Source: Octopus sinensis
Taxonomy: Eukaryota
Direction of reading: 5' to 3'
NCBI RefSeq assembly: GCF_006345805.1
Contig: NC_042998.1
Span: 71,362,001 to 71,426,000, forward strand
DNA: 64,000 bases
Shown here: in pieces, positions 25,373-39,030 of the stretch
Layout of the letters: each line of letters opens with the position of its first letter
Position numbering within the stretch: position 1 is the first letter of the stretch
Notes under the pieces: model-generated
What the model was told of the DNA's origin: nothing
What the model saw: only the letters and a program-made list of their open reading frames with translations
The model's database searches: none
Program-made: the position numbers and the translations under genes

Positions 25373-27550
25373 CGTATATCAGTTCGACACGAATTTGAAA
25401 TAATGATTTTCAGAGCTAGCTTTAGTAGTGGTAAGCGAGCACAAATTGTGAGTATTCCTGGTTATTCTAGTTACACAAAGATAGTGTTCTTCATACATAT
25501 GTGGATAGCCTCTGGAGCTTGTGGAATACAGCCGGGAAGCTCGACTAATTGTTATTGCATAAACATGTCTTGCATTCTCAAATATAACGAAAGAATTCGG
25601 GATGAGATCATAAGAAAATATTACAACATAACTGTCTTGGTAATCAATTTCGTGGGGGAAAAAATTCAAGTTAGTGCTTCAGCAAAAGATTAAAATTACC
25701 ATTGTGTTGTCGATATGTTACATCACTATTTTGTAATGTCGAGCATTAGAAGCAGTCTATGATAATGAAACTCCATTCTCACATTCATCCCCTTTGACGT
25801 CATCGTCATCATCTTTCTCATTGTCTTGATCATAATCGTGATGTTCGTCGATATCATCATCATCATCATCATCATCATCAACATTATCACAATTATCGTC
25901 TTTCACCGGATAAACGCTTCATAAAATGTGAATTTAGAAAATATAATGTTAGAAATATTAAAAATATAATTTAGCTAGATGCAATAAATAAGTGCGTGAG
26001 AGATGTGCAGGCAAATTTGTGAGAATCATAAAACTTTTGTAATCTACATATATTGAAAGTTTATCATTGTTTAGATATGGTAAGGTATAGAGACATCTAA
26101 AATTACATACTAGCAAAACACGTTGCTTTTATAACACGAACACATTTTAAAACGGAAATGTGACACAAAGAAAATAATATCTAAGGCCTGTTTTCCTGAG
26201 ATTTTTCATTCATAAAATCGAATTTATTGCTGTGACCTCTGTTTGATTTTTAATCAGAAATGAATTAGAAATATCCGTTAAACGTGTTCAGGAAAGTATT
26301 TATTAGATCAAACCCCAGGCCAAGTATTAAAATCTGTGATGTAATGTAAGAACTGCGATAAACTATTTTTCATTAGTAGATTTTCTGATAATAGCTATGC
26401 TGCATGATAATATAGAATTCTTGCGACAGACAACTTTCTGTTTGTATAAGCTCTAAACATTTTGGAAACTCCAATGAAAGTGTTATTTTTTAATACATCC
26501 AATTTAATATTTAACTATAAAATAACTGCATGATTTAATGTTAGTCTATATTTTACTGCAAGAAGTGTATGAGAAAACAGTACCATAACATTAAACATTT
26601 CACACCAAAAAATTTGAATGACCGAAGCCGTTATTTAACGTCTTCATGTTATTTCCATGTAAAATGTTGAAAGTCTGTAGAAAGCATCGAAAGAAATATT
26701 TAAGAAAGATAAGTGGTACATCATAAAAGATATTTTATATGAAAACCTATAGTCAGTTGCTCGCTAGAGTTTTTCTTCTCGTGTAACTAAATAACTGATA
26801 ATATTAGGTTGCTCTATGGAGAATATAATTCTAACTTTCCTCGTTCAAGGAAATATTATCAGAATTTAGAATTTTATTGCACTGATTTTTACCAACTTAT
26901 ATTTCACTCGTTGTGTTTAACTTACTTCGACTTACACATACACTATACTCTTCATTCGTGTTATCTTTATATATGTGTTATTAAATTTGATATTACGCAC
27001 CTTTTCTGGTATCACTTTCTATGCTTCGTATCTAAATATCTCCTCACTTAACATTATAAGAGTGTCACGGAATCCGGAGATAAATGTCGCAGTCTATTAT
27101 AAATGTTGTCACCTCATCGCTCAAGCAAAGATTCTGGAAACATAATGCTATCTCAGTAAGTGTTTATCAATAATGAAAAACACCTAGTGAAAACCTACCT
27201 ACAATTATATAAACATTTGAAAAACTAACGCGTTGTAACAATGAAAATATTGTAGGTAAAAACGTGAATTCTCTGAACACATTTTATGTTTCATTTCACT
27301 TCGTTCTATAAAAAAAGAAATTGTACCGAGGAATTTTTCTCTTGGTGTAGTTCTGAATGTTTAGCTAGTTATTTATATTATTTTTTGGAGTCGACGTAAT
27401 ATCATCTTCATAGAATTTAAGATTGTGTCGTAATTTTTTTATCTTTGCATCGGCTTCTGTTCCTCTTTGTCTCTGTCTCTTCATCTCACTCTTCCTATGT
27501 GGCCATCCATATATCTAATGTATACTACTGCTATCTCACTCTGTGTCTGC

Positions 27551-27638
<88 letters not shown>

Positions 27639-27653
27639 GTATCTATGCTCATA

Positions 27654-27715
27654 CAGGGGTTGGTCAAAATAATGGAAACACCTTAACATTTCAAACAAAT
27701 TTATTTTAATATGAA
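27654..27715 (+). mobile_element. Isolated Tc1-like terminal inverted repeat
   Basis: TA|caggggttggtcaaaataatggaaacacc resembles Tc1 TIR starts. No partner end was found. Confidence 0.42.
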
Positions 27716-27717
27716 GT

Positions 27718-29865
27718 ACGCTCGACTTAGATAACTTCATAAGCAGGTACCCGATTACTGGACGCTGGGTGCATCATTCTCGGCGCGACTAGCTTACAGA
27801 GGCCGGATTATCACATTAGTTAATAGGGCGTTGACGGGTACCATTTTGAACAACAAATGGTGGTTTGCCCTAAAGAAGGCAATTAAAGCAAAATCGGTTA
27901 GGTATAGCCAGGCTTTTGCGACAGATCGAAATAGAATAGAGGGAGACTTGGTTAAAAAATTAGAAGAGGTACTTCAAAATGGCATCGCGTCCAACGTACT
28001 GGCGATGAGATTGGCCCTTGACCAACACTTCAACACCAAACATGAAGGTTACTTTGTCAGAGCTATGATGCGTGCCCTGAGAAATGAATAAATTGCAGCT
28101 GGTCGAAAAGCCCATTTGGCGGAGGCGCAACGTGGCAACAAAGCCACCATTCGGTCTTTGATGGATGAACAGGGGCGTGAATTACTCGAACCCGAAAGGA
28201 TGTGTGAGGCCTTTCAGTAACACTTTCTCTGACTGATCGGGACAAATGGTGGGTCAGAATGCAGGGCGGAATTAGTGCCTACCAGCATGGCCTGCCACGA
28301 CTCTCGGCAAGAGAGGCGGAGTGTTGTGAATGTCACATTAGAGCCGCTGATTTAAGGAATGAAATGGCAGGCTGCGCTAGAGACACGTCGCCGGGCTTGG
28401 ATGGTCTGCCCCACGAGCGTTATAGTCATATTTCAGACTTGTTTGGAGACGTCTTGGCAACAGTCTACTAGCAGCAAAATGGGAGTATTCCCAGTTTCGT
28501 GAGCTGAGGAACTGTGACACTGCTAAAGAAACACCCAAACAACGCAAGACGAGAGGTTGGCCCATGTCATCGAGAAACTAGTCGACAATGCGCAAACGTG
28601 CGTCGTGCCGGGCAGAAGAATCCGTGACAATCACCATATTATGTGCTACATCATAGACAAGATAGTTAAGGAAACTCACATGAGTAGGGTGCTGATTAAT
28701 TTCATCTAACAAAAGCTTTCGATATGGTTACCCAAACGATAATTTGAGGCTGAGGTTAGGGCGGCTGATTTCGGTCCAGTCTTCTGCGGTTAGATCGCTG
28801 CTTTATACAGAGGTATCCGCTCGGTAGTTCGCGTGAATGGTTATCTATCTAGACTATTTAACATCATACGTTCGGTCAGTCAAGGATGCTCCCTCTCGTC
28901 CCTTCTGTTTGTATTGACTCTAGAGCCACTAATGCGGAAGCTGGCGACGCTGAGAGGTATCCCGCCAGAACTGGAATGTGGGAGGGGCGTGTCTGCATAC
29001 GCAGAGGATGTTACCGTCATAGTGTCGAGCCACATGCATATTGACCTGAACGGTGAGACACTAAAAGAATACGAAGAGGTATTAACCCGAAAATGTCAGG
29101 GGTCTTGAAGCTCGGCATGCCCATGCCGTCCAACAGTGTTTCTATCGAGGGGCACTGGACCGACGGACCGGTTATATTGTTCGGGGTCTGGTTCCGTCCA
29201 AGACCTCCTAATGGACAAGAACTGGGACGAGATAACGAGTAGGTTGGCCAATCTCACCCAGCAATGGGACGAGAGGAAGCTGTCTCTAAATGGTCGGGCT
29301 GAGGTGGCGAATGCGTACATCGCATCCGTCATCTACTACCGTCTGAATGTCGTGCCTTGTACTGGTGGCTAAGGTGAAAGAATGTGCATGGTGAACTCGT
29401 TTTGATAGGTATACAGACAAACACTTACCTCTCTGGTCAATCTCTCATCAAAGTTTTCAAGTATCACTTGAAAAGGAAGCTGAGTATGGAGGGGGAAGTT
29501 TTGTCTAATGAAAAGTTTAACAAAAGATAGGTGAACAGGGCAAAGATAGTACCCAACAATGACGGAACCACCTTGAATATGATACTATAAGACAAATTGA
29601 GAAAGAACGCTATGCTCTCATGTTATGTCTTTTTTTTCGTTTCCGAGGTAACCATGGTACTTCATAGGTTTTTCTTTCTACAGATAAACCTAGTGAATGT
29701 TAAACTTATTTCCACTTTTGATAACTCTAATTGTTAAAAACGACACTTTTGTTATTTCCTTGCGTACACGTCCCAAAACGTTTTCTATCCCTTTTGATCG
29801 TTTTCGAAATGAAACATTCTACATTGTATTATCCCCTCTCTGTTCGGCCTGCGAGGCTAATAAAG

Positions 29866-29867
<2 letters not shown>
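27718..29867 (+). mobile_element. Tx1/L1-clade LINE, 5'-truncated, internally deleted, with many stops and frameshifts
   Basis: RT motifs SPGLDGLP, QTCVVPGRRIRDN, VRVNG..SVSQGCSLSSLLFVLTLEPL, SAYAEDVT and RKLSLNGRAEV. It then jumps to the ORF2 C-terminus and 3' UTR, ending aataaagaa before (TC)n. Confidence 0.88.
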
Positions 29868-29899
<32 letters not shown>

Positions 29900-29900
<1 letters not shown>

Positions 29901-30428
29901 TTTATTCGGAGCGGGACCTATGCCAAAGATCCCTGGCCTTGCACTGCTATCGAGAAGCATTACCCGTTCGGGATAAACTCTACAGACACAGTTCCAGACA
30001 CACCGGACCAACTTGCCCGAGATGCGGTCAGAGCGACGAAACCATTCTGCGCGTACCCGTGCAATGTCCAACCATTTCGGACCTGTGGGCTTATGCCGAA
30101 CGGTTACTGTCACGTGTGAGACGAGTCCACCTGTCACCTAAGTCTATCGTGAAAATTGCTCCGCCACCTTCCTTCAACCGGGAAGGCAAAGCAGTCTTCA
30201 TCGTACTGGTAGCCATGGAGAAAGAAGTGTGTGGTGGACTCGAGTGAAAGGTTTAGAGACAAACACTTACCTCTCTGGCCAATCGCTCATCAATTTTTTC
30301 TAGTGCCACTTGAAAAGGACGGTGAGAATAGAGAGGCAAATTTTGTCTCGGGAAAGTTTCAATAAAAGGTGAGTGAATGTAGCAAAGATGGTGAGAGCGA
30401 AACCACTTTGAGCATGATCCTGTAAATT

Positions 30429-30487
<59 letters not shown>

Positions 30488-30733
30488 GAGAGAGAGAGAA
30501 AGAGACAGAGAGCACTTTGCACTCATGTGTTTATTCCCTCCCTGCCTGAGGTAATCTTGCTTTTTACACTTTAAAACTTTTTCTGTGATACACGCTCCCT
30601 TTTGATCATTTTTTTTTCTTTTCTCACATTCCCTTTTGATCAGAATTTTATTTTCTCCTTTTTTTCCGAAAAGAAAAGCTCTATATTGTATTTTGTCCCC
30701 TCTGTGTTCGGCCTTGTGTAGCTAATAAAGAAA
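29900..30733 (+). mobile_element. Second Tx1-clade 3' fragment in tandem
   Basis: CYREALPVRDKLYRH..TCPRCGQSDETI zinc knuckle. The C-terminus is homologous to 29373-29560. The 3' UTR ends aataaagaaa before (TC)/(TCTA)n. Confidence 0.85.
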
Positions 30734-30789
30734 CTTCTCGCTATCTCTCTCTCTCTATCTGTAAATCAGTCTATCTATCTATCTATCTT

Positions 30790-30848
<59 letters not shown>

Positions 30849-30858
30849 CTATCTATAA

Positions 30859-30902
<44 letters not shown>

Positions 30903-31011
30903 GTCTATCTATCTATCTATCAATCTTTCTATCAATCTATCTATCTTTCTGAAATACATGAGCTTGCGCTAGTACATGTATATGTATATATATATATATA
31001 TTATATATATA

Positions 31012-31075
<64 letters not shown>

Positions 31076-32490
31076 GTGTGTGTGTGTGTATGTGTGTGCG
31101 TGTTTGCGTTTACATATGTGTCTAAGTATGTATGTATGAATATTATGGAAACAAAGACAATAAGACAAAACAGTAAGCATTAGAAAGAAGACAGAGGAGG
31201 AGAGAAACAGTGACACAGATAACGTTACTTCATCTCATTCACATAAGAAGCGACCTAGTGCAACTGTTTCATTATATGAATCTTCTAAATGAACCGGCAT
31301 AATTATAATTCTGATTATGCTTATAATTATAATTAGAACTGTCTGTAAAATTCATTAACAAGACTGGAATAGTTTGAAGATTAAATTCATGAAGTCGTCT
31401 CTTTATAGTGTCTTTGTGTCAGCTTAAGTTTTAATCTTGCAATGTAAATTAGTGATACCTTAAATACAATCTCCGATGGAATCGGTACTTTTAGTTCATT
31501 TGTCTTTAATAAGACATCGGTTGATGTGAAGTTGTCAGTTCTTTAATTAATAAGCACAAATGTCGTTGGAGATATGGAAGGTGCCCTCGTTTGAAGATGT
31601 TCTATATCATAGGAGATTTTCCATTTGTTGTAATACAATGTTCTTTAATGACTTTTACAGGTTCATGTCTTTGGCCGTCGTTTAATCTCAGGTCAGGACT
31701 ATGTGGGATATAGTCTTTTTTACTTTGTGTGCTTTTTAACCCTCTTTTATGGGACTTCCGAAAAGGAATCTCTGATTAATGTAGGAAAATATTTCAGTAG
31801 CATCAGTAACTTTTTCAGATCCTGTTTGTATTTTCTTAAGGATTTGGATATCTTATATTAATTATAAGCTACGAATTAAAAAGGAGCAGGTGATTCATTG
31901 GAAGAGATAAAAGTGTATATATTTTATATCATAAATAATCAAAATAAATAAATATAACCCAACACGCGAAGAGACGTGCCTAGTTCTGGTTACAAATTTG
32001 CTCAGATTTCAATACATCGTACACTATATTACTACTCTTATTATAGTGATAAATGGGTTTTAGCATTGTTTAAGGAAGCGGCAGATTCTATGGAAGTACC
32101 TAACTGGTGTATATATATGCCTGATAGATATGAGCAAAAAGAAGTCTGGAACAGCATACATCATTTCAAAATGAAATTTTCACTGAGGCTTTTATGGTCA
32201 GATTAAGACTTGTAGAATTCGACGTTCAGAGCAAAGAAGACAGGCAGGTGGGAGGAGATTTTGAAGGCGAAATTATTTTTTGCCGTAAAAAACAGCAGTA
32301 GCAACAATATCGACAGCAGCAACAACAGTAACAACATCAACGTTAACACCACCATCACCACCGAAAAAACAAAACACGAGAAAAGAACAAGCGAAAGGAA
32401 GACACCAACGCCGCAAACAGAAGTAACAGCAGCATTAACAACAGTGAATAAAGTATCACAAGTAGCCACAACAGCATCGCCATCATCATC

Positions 32491-32624
<134 letters not shown>

Positions 32625-33394
32625 ACAACACCAATAACAACGACCACAACGACAACAAAAACAACAACAGCAGCAGCCACTCAAACGAGAAATACACTTA
32701 ACTGAAGGACTACTACACCACAGACAGCAGCAACGAGAACAGCAGCAGAAACTAACCCAACAACAACAATAGTAACAAAACAATAGCACAAACCTCTCCA
32801 AGACATACCTAAATCTGACTCAAACTGCACATCATGTCATATATTTATGGAAACGGGAAGGATACCAAACGGCAAACAGTAACAATAGGAAACAGAAAAA
32901 AACGAACAAAATCACGCCAACCCCAAAAACTGGTAGATGTGAACAGATCGACGAGGTAGGATCAAGCAACAGCGCATCACCATCGTCTCCCAAAACAACT
33001 ACACCATCACTTCACCACAACAGGTATCACTATCGCGGATAACATTGTCCCTAGCACGAACACACCAAACATCAGGGTTCTTTCCCGAACATGAAAAGGA
33101 ATAAGACACTACTAACTACATCACTATGAACACAAACAATAGAATGCTGATGGACCACATAGACGAAAATAACATTAAATTGGTTTTTGTGATTATATCA
33201 CATAAATTACATTCCATGACATATAACAAAATCGCAACAGACAGGCACTACTTCATAAGACGATAATTTAAGTTAAGCTTCATAGGCAGGGTTCCAGTCA
33301 TAGAAAGTTAAATACTTTCCTCACATCAAGGGAAACTTAGAGAGACGATTTTAGCGAATTGGCCAAGCGGGTGACGAGAGGGTCAAATATAGCG

Positions 33395-33840
33395 ATCAAA
33401 ATATAGCGGCGAAAGAATTTGACAAGGTCAGTAAATATAAAGACTTGCTAATAGAAATAAAAAAAAAAAATGTTGCATCTCAAGGCAACTACATTACCAT
33501 TGATTGTAGAATCTCTAGGAATGATAAAAAAAAGGGTACTCAAACCTATTTGAACATGATACCAGGCTTATCATCCCTACAGGAAGTGCAAAAAAAATCG
33601 TGTTAACTAGAACGACATCTGTACTGAGAAGAGCATTATCGCTGTGAAAACAATATCCATTCATGAATTTATTCATTTATTAATATTTTTTTTTAAATAC
33701 ATATTTTACCTGTGAATTTGCGTGTGTAATCTGGGAATGAATACAATGAGCTTCTCTGCCCAAGGTGTACGGAAAACACTCGGAGGGAATTAGAAGAAAA
33801 TTTGAAGAAAGAAGGAAATAATAAAAATAATAATAATATT
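33395..33840 (+). mobile_element. R4/Dong-clade 3' end with (AAT)n tail
   Basis: AAKEFDKVSKYKDLLIEI..LGMIKK..VLRRALSL-stop. The 3' UTR is homologous to 43050-43130 (reverse strand). Confidence 0.75.
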
Positions 33841-33949
33841 TAAGGATTGACGTTACTCCTCCCGATGGTAAAATATTTTGAAATTGTGTAAGACACACGA
33901 AGTGTCAAAGTATTATTCAATCGATAACAGTTGCACTTCTCTTATTGCT

Positions 33950-33984
<35 letters not shown>

Positions 33985-34011
<27 letters not shown>

Positions 34012-34931
34012 TAGTTTTATTTTTATAGCGTGCTTTTACTTCACTACCGAGTGCAACTCTGTGTACCTTGGGTATTTCCTGTGATTTGTTGTGATGCCCT
34101 GATGGTTACTGTACTGAAAGTGTTTTGCGTAGGAAGTGTGCAGTACCCATTATTGCAATTTTCTGTATGTTATATATATATATATATTTGTATGTCCTGG
34201 TGTTTTCGTTATGTATTTGTCTGAATATTTTTTTCCTCATACCTAATGGAATTGTTTCTGTTTTTAGATTCCACATTCGAGTTAGCTTTATTTCCAGGTC
34301 ATTGTATTTTAAAAGTTTCTCCATTTCTATTAGAGACACGTTGTCATCTGCTGGTATCGATACATCAATTAGAAAGCATTTCTTTCTTCAATATCTCTGA
34401 CAACTATATCTGGCCTGTTGACCTTAATTTCTCTATTTGTGTGTATTGGCATAGAGTATGGTTGCTTTCTCGTTTTCTGTGACCTTTTCTGGTGTGTGCC
34501 TATACCATCTTTTTTCTGTTGTTATTCCATAGCTTCCAGTGTATGTAAGTCCCAAATCTGTCGTGTCTGTGAATATGTTCCTTCTTAGCCAGGACTGGGC
34601 ATCCAGAGATAATATGATTTATTGTTTCTTGTCCATCTCCACATATTCTGCAGTTACTTGTGTTTCTTTTCATTATATGTTTTTGGAAATTTTTGGTGGG
34701 GAGGCTTTGATCTTGTGCTGCAATTAAAAATCCCTCCGTCTATGATTTTTCTCTGTCTATTTCTTTTGCATTTAGATTAGTCCAGTATTTGCCATGAAGA
34801 GGCTTTTCTTGACATCGTTTTATCATGGTCCGTTGCTGTTTCAGTTTTAGTTTGGATTCCACTTGTTTTATAGCTTTTGCTTCTTCTTCTTCTTCTTCTT
34901 CTTCTTCTTCTTCTTCTTCTTCTTCTTCTTC

Positions 34932-34963
<32 letters not shown>

Positions 34964-35004
34964 CTTCTCTTCTTTTCTTCTTCTTCTTCTTCTCTACTCC
35001 TCTT

Positions 35005-35035
<31 letters not shown>

Positions 35036-35270
35036 TTTGTTAGTATGAATTCTTATTTGTATTTATCAGCTTCCTGAAATACTGAGAACGGTTTTTTGTT
35101 TTGCTCGTGTTTTGTATCTGCTTTCCTTGCTTCTGAAGTAGATATTTTTGCAGTTCTAAGTTGGTTATTTTATAATAGTTTTCCAGCTATATAAGGCCTC
35201 TACCACCTTCTATACGTTGTATTTATAGCCTTTCTATGTCAGATTTTGGGTGATGCATCTTAGATTCTAT
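33985..35270 (-). mobile_element. R4/Dong-clade non-LTR retrotransposon, 5'-truncated
   Basis: Minus strand gives HHPKSDIERLY..EGGRGL, KPLHGKYW, IAAQDQSL, CRICGDGQETINHIISGC (CCHC), REL endonuclease LIDVSIPADDN..EMEKLLKY and LRKTLSVQ. Interrupted by (GAA)n and ends at (AAT)n. Confidence 0.9.
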
Positions 35271-35356
35271 CATTACTATTGTTATTATTATCATTATTAT
35301 TATTGTTATTATTATTATTATTATCATCATCATCATCATCATTATCATCATCATCA

Positions 35357-35390
<34 letters not shown>

Positions 35391-36075
35391 CAATATTATT
35401 ATTATTATCATCATCATCATCATCATCATCATTATTAATATCATCATTATTATTATTGTTGTTGTTGTCGTTTATGTTATAATTTCAAATAGCCATCCGA
35501 GAAAATCCTATTGTATGCTCAAAAAATAGTTCAACACTCTTTAGGAAACGAAATGTGCATGCCTAATCTAGTAGGAAACAGCAAATACTTATTCAAGATT
35601 TAATAAAAATGACTTGTTTTATATTAGAAATTCGTGTTTACTTTAAATTAGGATACAGTTTAACCCACATATTCTTGAATATGGAGTCATATTGCTGAAG
35701 ACGAAAGGTTATACAGCATAATAAGACAAAGACCCCAGTCTGTTTAAAGTGAAATTTATACGAAAATAGACCTAAGAATTTTGTCTAACATATCACGGAA
35801 TATATAGCTCTGCTGCAGTCCCTCTATAAAGACGTAATTAGTAACCTATTCAAAAATTAATCAATATTTGAAGCGAAATATATTATATACCAGTTTAATA
35901 CACATACATATATACAGATGAGCGCACATATATCTGTATGCGCATATATATTACGTATATATATATATATATGTATGTGTATGTATGTATGTATGTATAT
36001 ATGTATGTATGTTTGTAAGTATGTATATATATATATATATCCATACAGGTACATGCAAATATACACACGCATCTT

Positions 36076-36106
<31 letters not shown>

Positions 36107-36130
36107 CGTACATTATATATATATTATATG

Positions 36131-36183
<53 letters not shown>

Positions 36184-36207
36184 ATCTTTATATGTACACC
36201 CACAGAT

Positions 36208-36259
<52 letters not shown>

Positions 36260-38103
36260 GTGTATGACTTTATATGTGTGTGTGAGAGCGTGTGTCTGTG
36301 CACATATATTTATTCCAACTTGTGTGCTAATGCATTTTAATTGTAGTAAGCATACAAATATAATCACGTATATACAAATGTGTTAATACATCTAAAGAAT
36401 TATAAATAATGCAAAGGTCATATACGACTAAGGCAGACATGCACCCACACCAATGCACACACACACATTCATACATACATACACGCACGCGCACACACAT
36501 ACTCTATCTTCTTCGCTTACATCCTAACGCTGTTTGAATCTGAGACAGCTGGGTTAGTGAAAATAAAGTAAAATTATATTAATACGACATCATAAGTTGA
36601 ATAGTTTTTCTCTCGGCATTGTAAATATTAACATATTTCTATTTATCTATTTACCCAAGTAGTTGAATAAGAATTTTGCTCGCTAGTTTTAAATCCTGTG
36701 GCTCGAAACCAACACTGTGTGATTTTGAATAAGTGTGTTTAATTTATTAACAGATTACATCATGCGTTGTTACTTACCTTTAGCAAACAAAAAAAAAATT
36801 GTAGAATTCTATGAGTAAATTTTATTGTTAATTAAATAAAAAACAAACTTAAGACATCACGCTGATTCTTCATGAGGATTGTGAGACAGATAAACACGAC
36901 TGTAGAATTCTCTGACGCATCTTAATCTACAGAGTGTGCTTGGAAATAATTGAACAACTAAATTCACATGCCCCAAAGCGACGCATAACACGCCAAAGAG
37001 GTTGGTGATTTCTGCACGTATTGCATATAAACATACGGCCAGAAAGTACATAATTCAAAATAAAGCTTCATATACATAAGAAAGCCTAATGTGAAGCCGT
37101 TAAAGTGAATTCCTATATTTTAAAGTACATTTAAAATCGAATTCGTGCTAATATATTCTCTGTCCATTTCTAAATTCATTTTTTCTATTCCTCAACTTGT
37201 TTGGACTAATAACAATGGAAAAATGTAAATGTACCATAGTTATTATTGAAGGAATGAGAAAGAAGTACTCAACGTGTATGTGCGATATAATACTTTTTAT
37301 CAAAGCTGAAGCTAAGATATGAAACTGTGCCCAAATGTTAGCACTAGATGCAAGCTCTGCACCTTAGAGGAAGAAATTATCCTAAGAAACTGTCGGATCA
37401 GATAGCCAAAACTAAATGTGTCGTCTGAAAGTTTTTCTCTTACTAGCTCAGACAAATATACCCAGATAGTTAACCCTTCATGTATTTCCTAAATCATGCA
37501 AGTATACTCCAATGGGAAAGAATATTATTTCCTGAAATTTCCTCCCCAATTTTGCGGTGAAAATTTTACTCTGATTATGTATTTCTCTCTCTCCACTTGC
37601 TTCCGATCACGATACCTCGTGCTGTCACTCTTCCTTCGATTTCTTGATTCTTGTCTTGCTTTACACCATCTGGTAATCTTTATCCTACTCAAAATTATTC
37701 CATTTTGTATGAATTGATAAAGATGAAATACTGCACCTAATGCATGGATGTAACTGTGTGTCCGCGTGTGTGTGTGCGTGTGTGTGTATGTTTGTTTCAG
37801 GTCAAATATATGTGGTCGAATGTCTTCACGGAGGTGCCACGTGTGTGCCTATCAGTGTGTGTTTACATAAAAGAGCAGAACTGTCCCAGACGGGAGTGAA
37901 ATATCTTTTGTATGCTACGTCATCAACTAGTTGATTTCACTGTAGATACTTGGTATATCTATTCATGCCTATGTAGGTGTATAAGTATCACTGAATCAAC
38001 CGAGGTGGCGAGATGAATATTCGACTACATTTATATCCTTACAAATATTTCATTCTGAATTGATCCTTGTATACATGTACGTGAGTACGTATTTATATAT
38101 GTT

Positions 38104-38190
<87 letters not shown>

Positions 38191-38880
38191 GTCTATCTGT
38201 CTATCTATCTGTCTCTGTCTATGTATCGGTCTCTCTATCTATCTGTCTGTCTACGTGTGTAGGGATGGCTTTCGGTATTATTTGCACTCAACACTTTAAA
38301 CATGTATGCAAAAGCCAATTTATTTGCTTCTGTTGAGAAGCACTCACAACTGTGATGTAGCTCAGAAACGCCGGTGATTATGCTATTACATCAAATGATA
38401 ATTATTGAGCATCAGGAAAAAATATTACCATACAACCTACCAAAAACATCACAATTTGTTAATACGATTTGTGTAACATATCGGAAGCTAAAGTAGGGAT
38501 CTTTTTTGCATCGCGTCTCAAAATATAACATAACGATCGGTCTATATGTGTTCTCTCCTAATGTACACAATGACTGAACTATTCTCGCAGTGGCGTTTTG
38601 ATAATCGAGGCTTTTACGTAAAATATATATGTGACAAGACGTGGCAATGGAATACACTGAAATATTCTACGCACATACACACAAACACATGCGTGCGCGT
38701 GTATATGTGTATATATATATATATGTGCATACATATATATACATACATGCATACATACAGACGTATATATTTATATAAATATGGATAAGACCATTATTTA
38801 AAATAACGATCCTATTAAGTGTCCAGCATGGGAAGAAAAACTTTGTAGGTAATAATTATTAATTAAAGTTATAATTGAGG

Positions 38881-39030
38881 GTATCTAAGATACCACCATG
38901 CTACAAATGGCAGTCAAAGCCTGACTTCAAAACCACATCAATTATTCATACCTTGTGCGGTATAAATACTAGATGTGGTTTTGGAGTCTGGCTTTAACTG
39001 TCATTTCTAGCATGGCAATATCTTAGATAC
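38881..39030. repeat. 150-bp imperfect hairpin, MITE-like
   Basis: gtatctaagata..atgctacaaatggcagtcaaagcctgacttcaaaaccacatc (38881-38939) pairs with 38972-39030. Inner stem is tattcatacc/ggtataaata. Confidence 0.88.

Noticed and set aside
36770-36800. Minus-strand poly-T..AAG|GTAAGT, resembling a recursive splice site
   Set aside because: The acceptor is non-canonical (AAG) and there is no evidence of a host transcript.
37800-37934. ECLHGGATC peptide resembling an EGF repeat start, after a tttcag acceptor
   Set aside because: Cysteine spacing is incomplete and there is no good donor.
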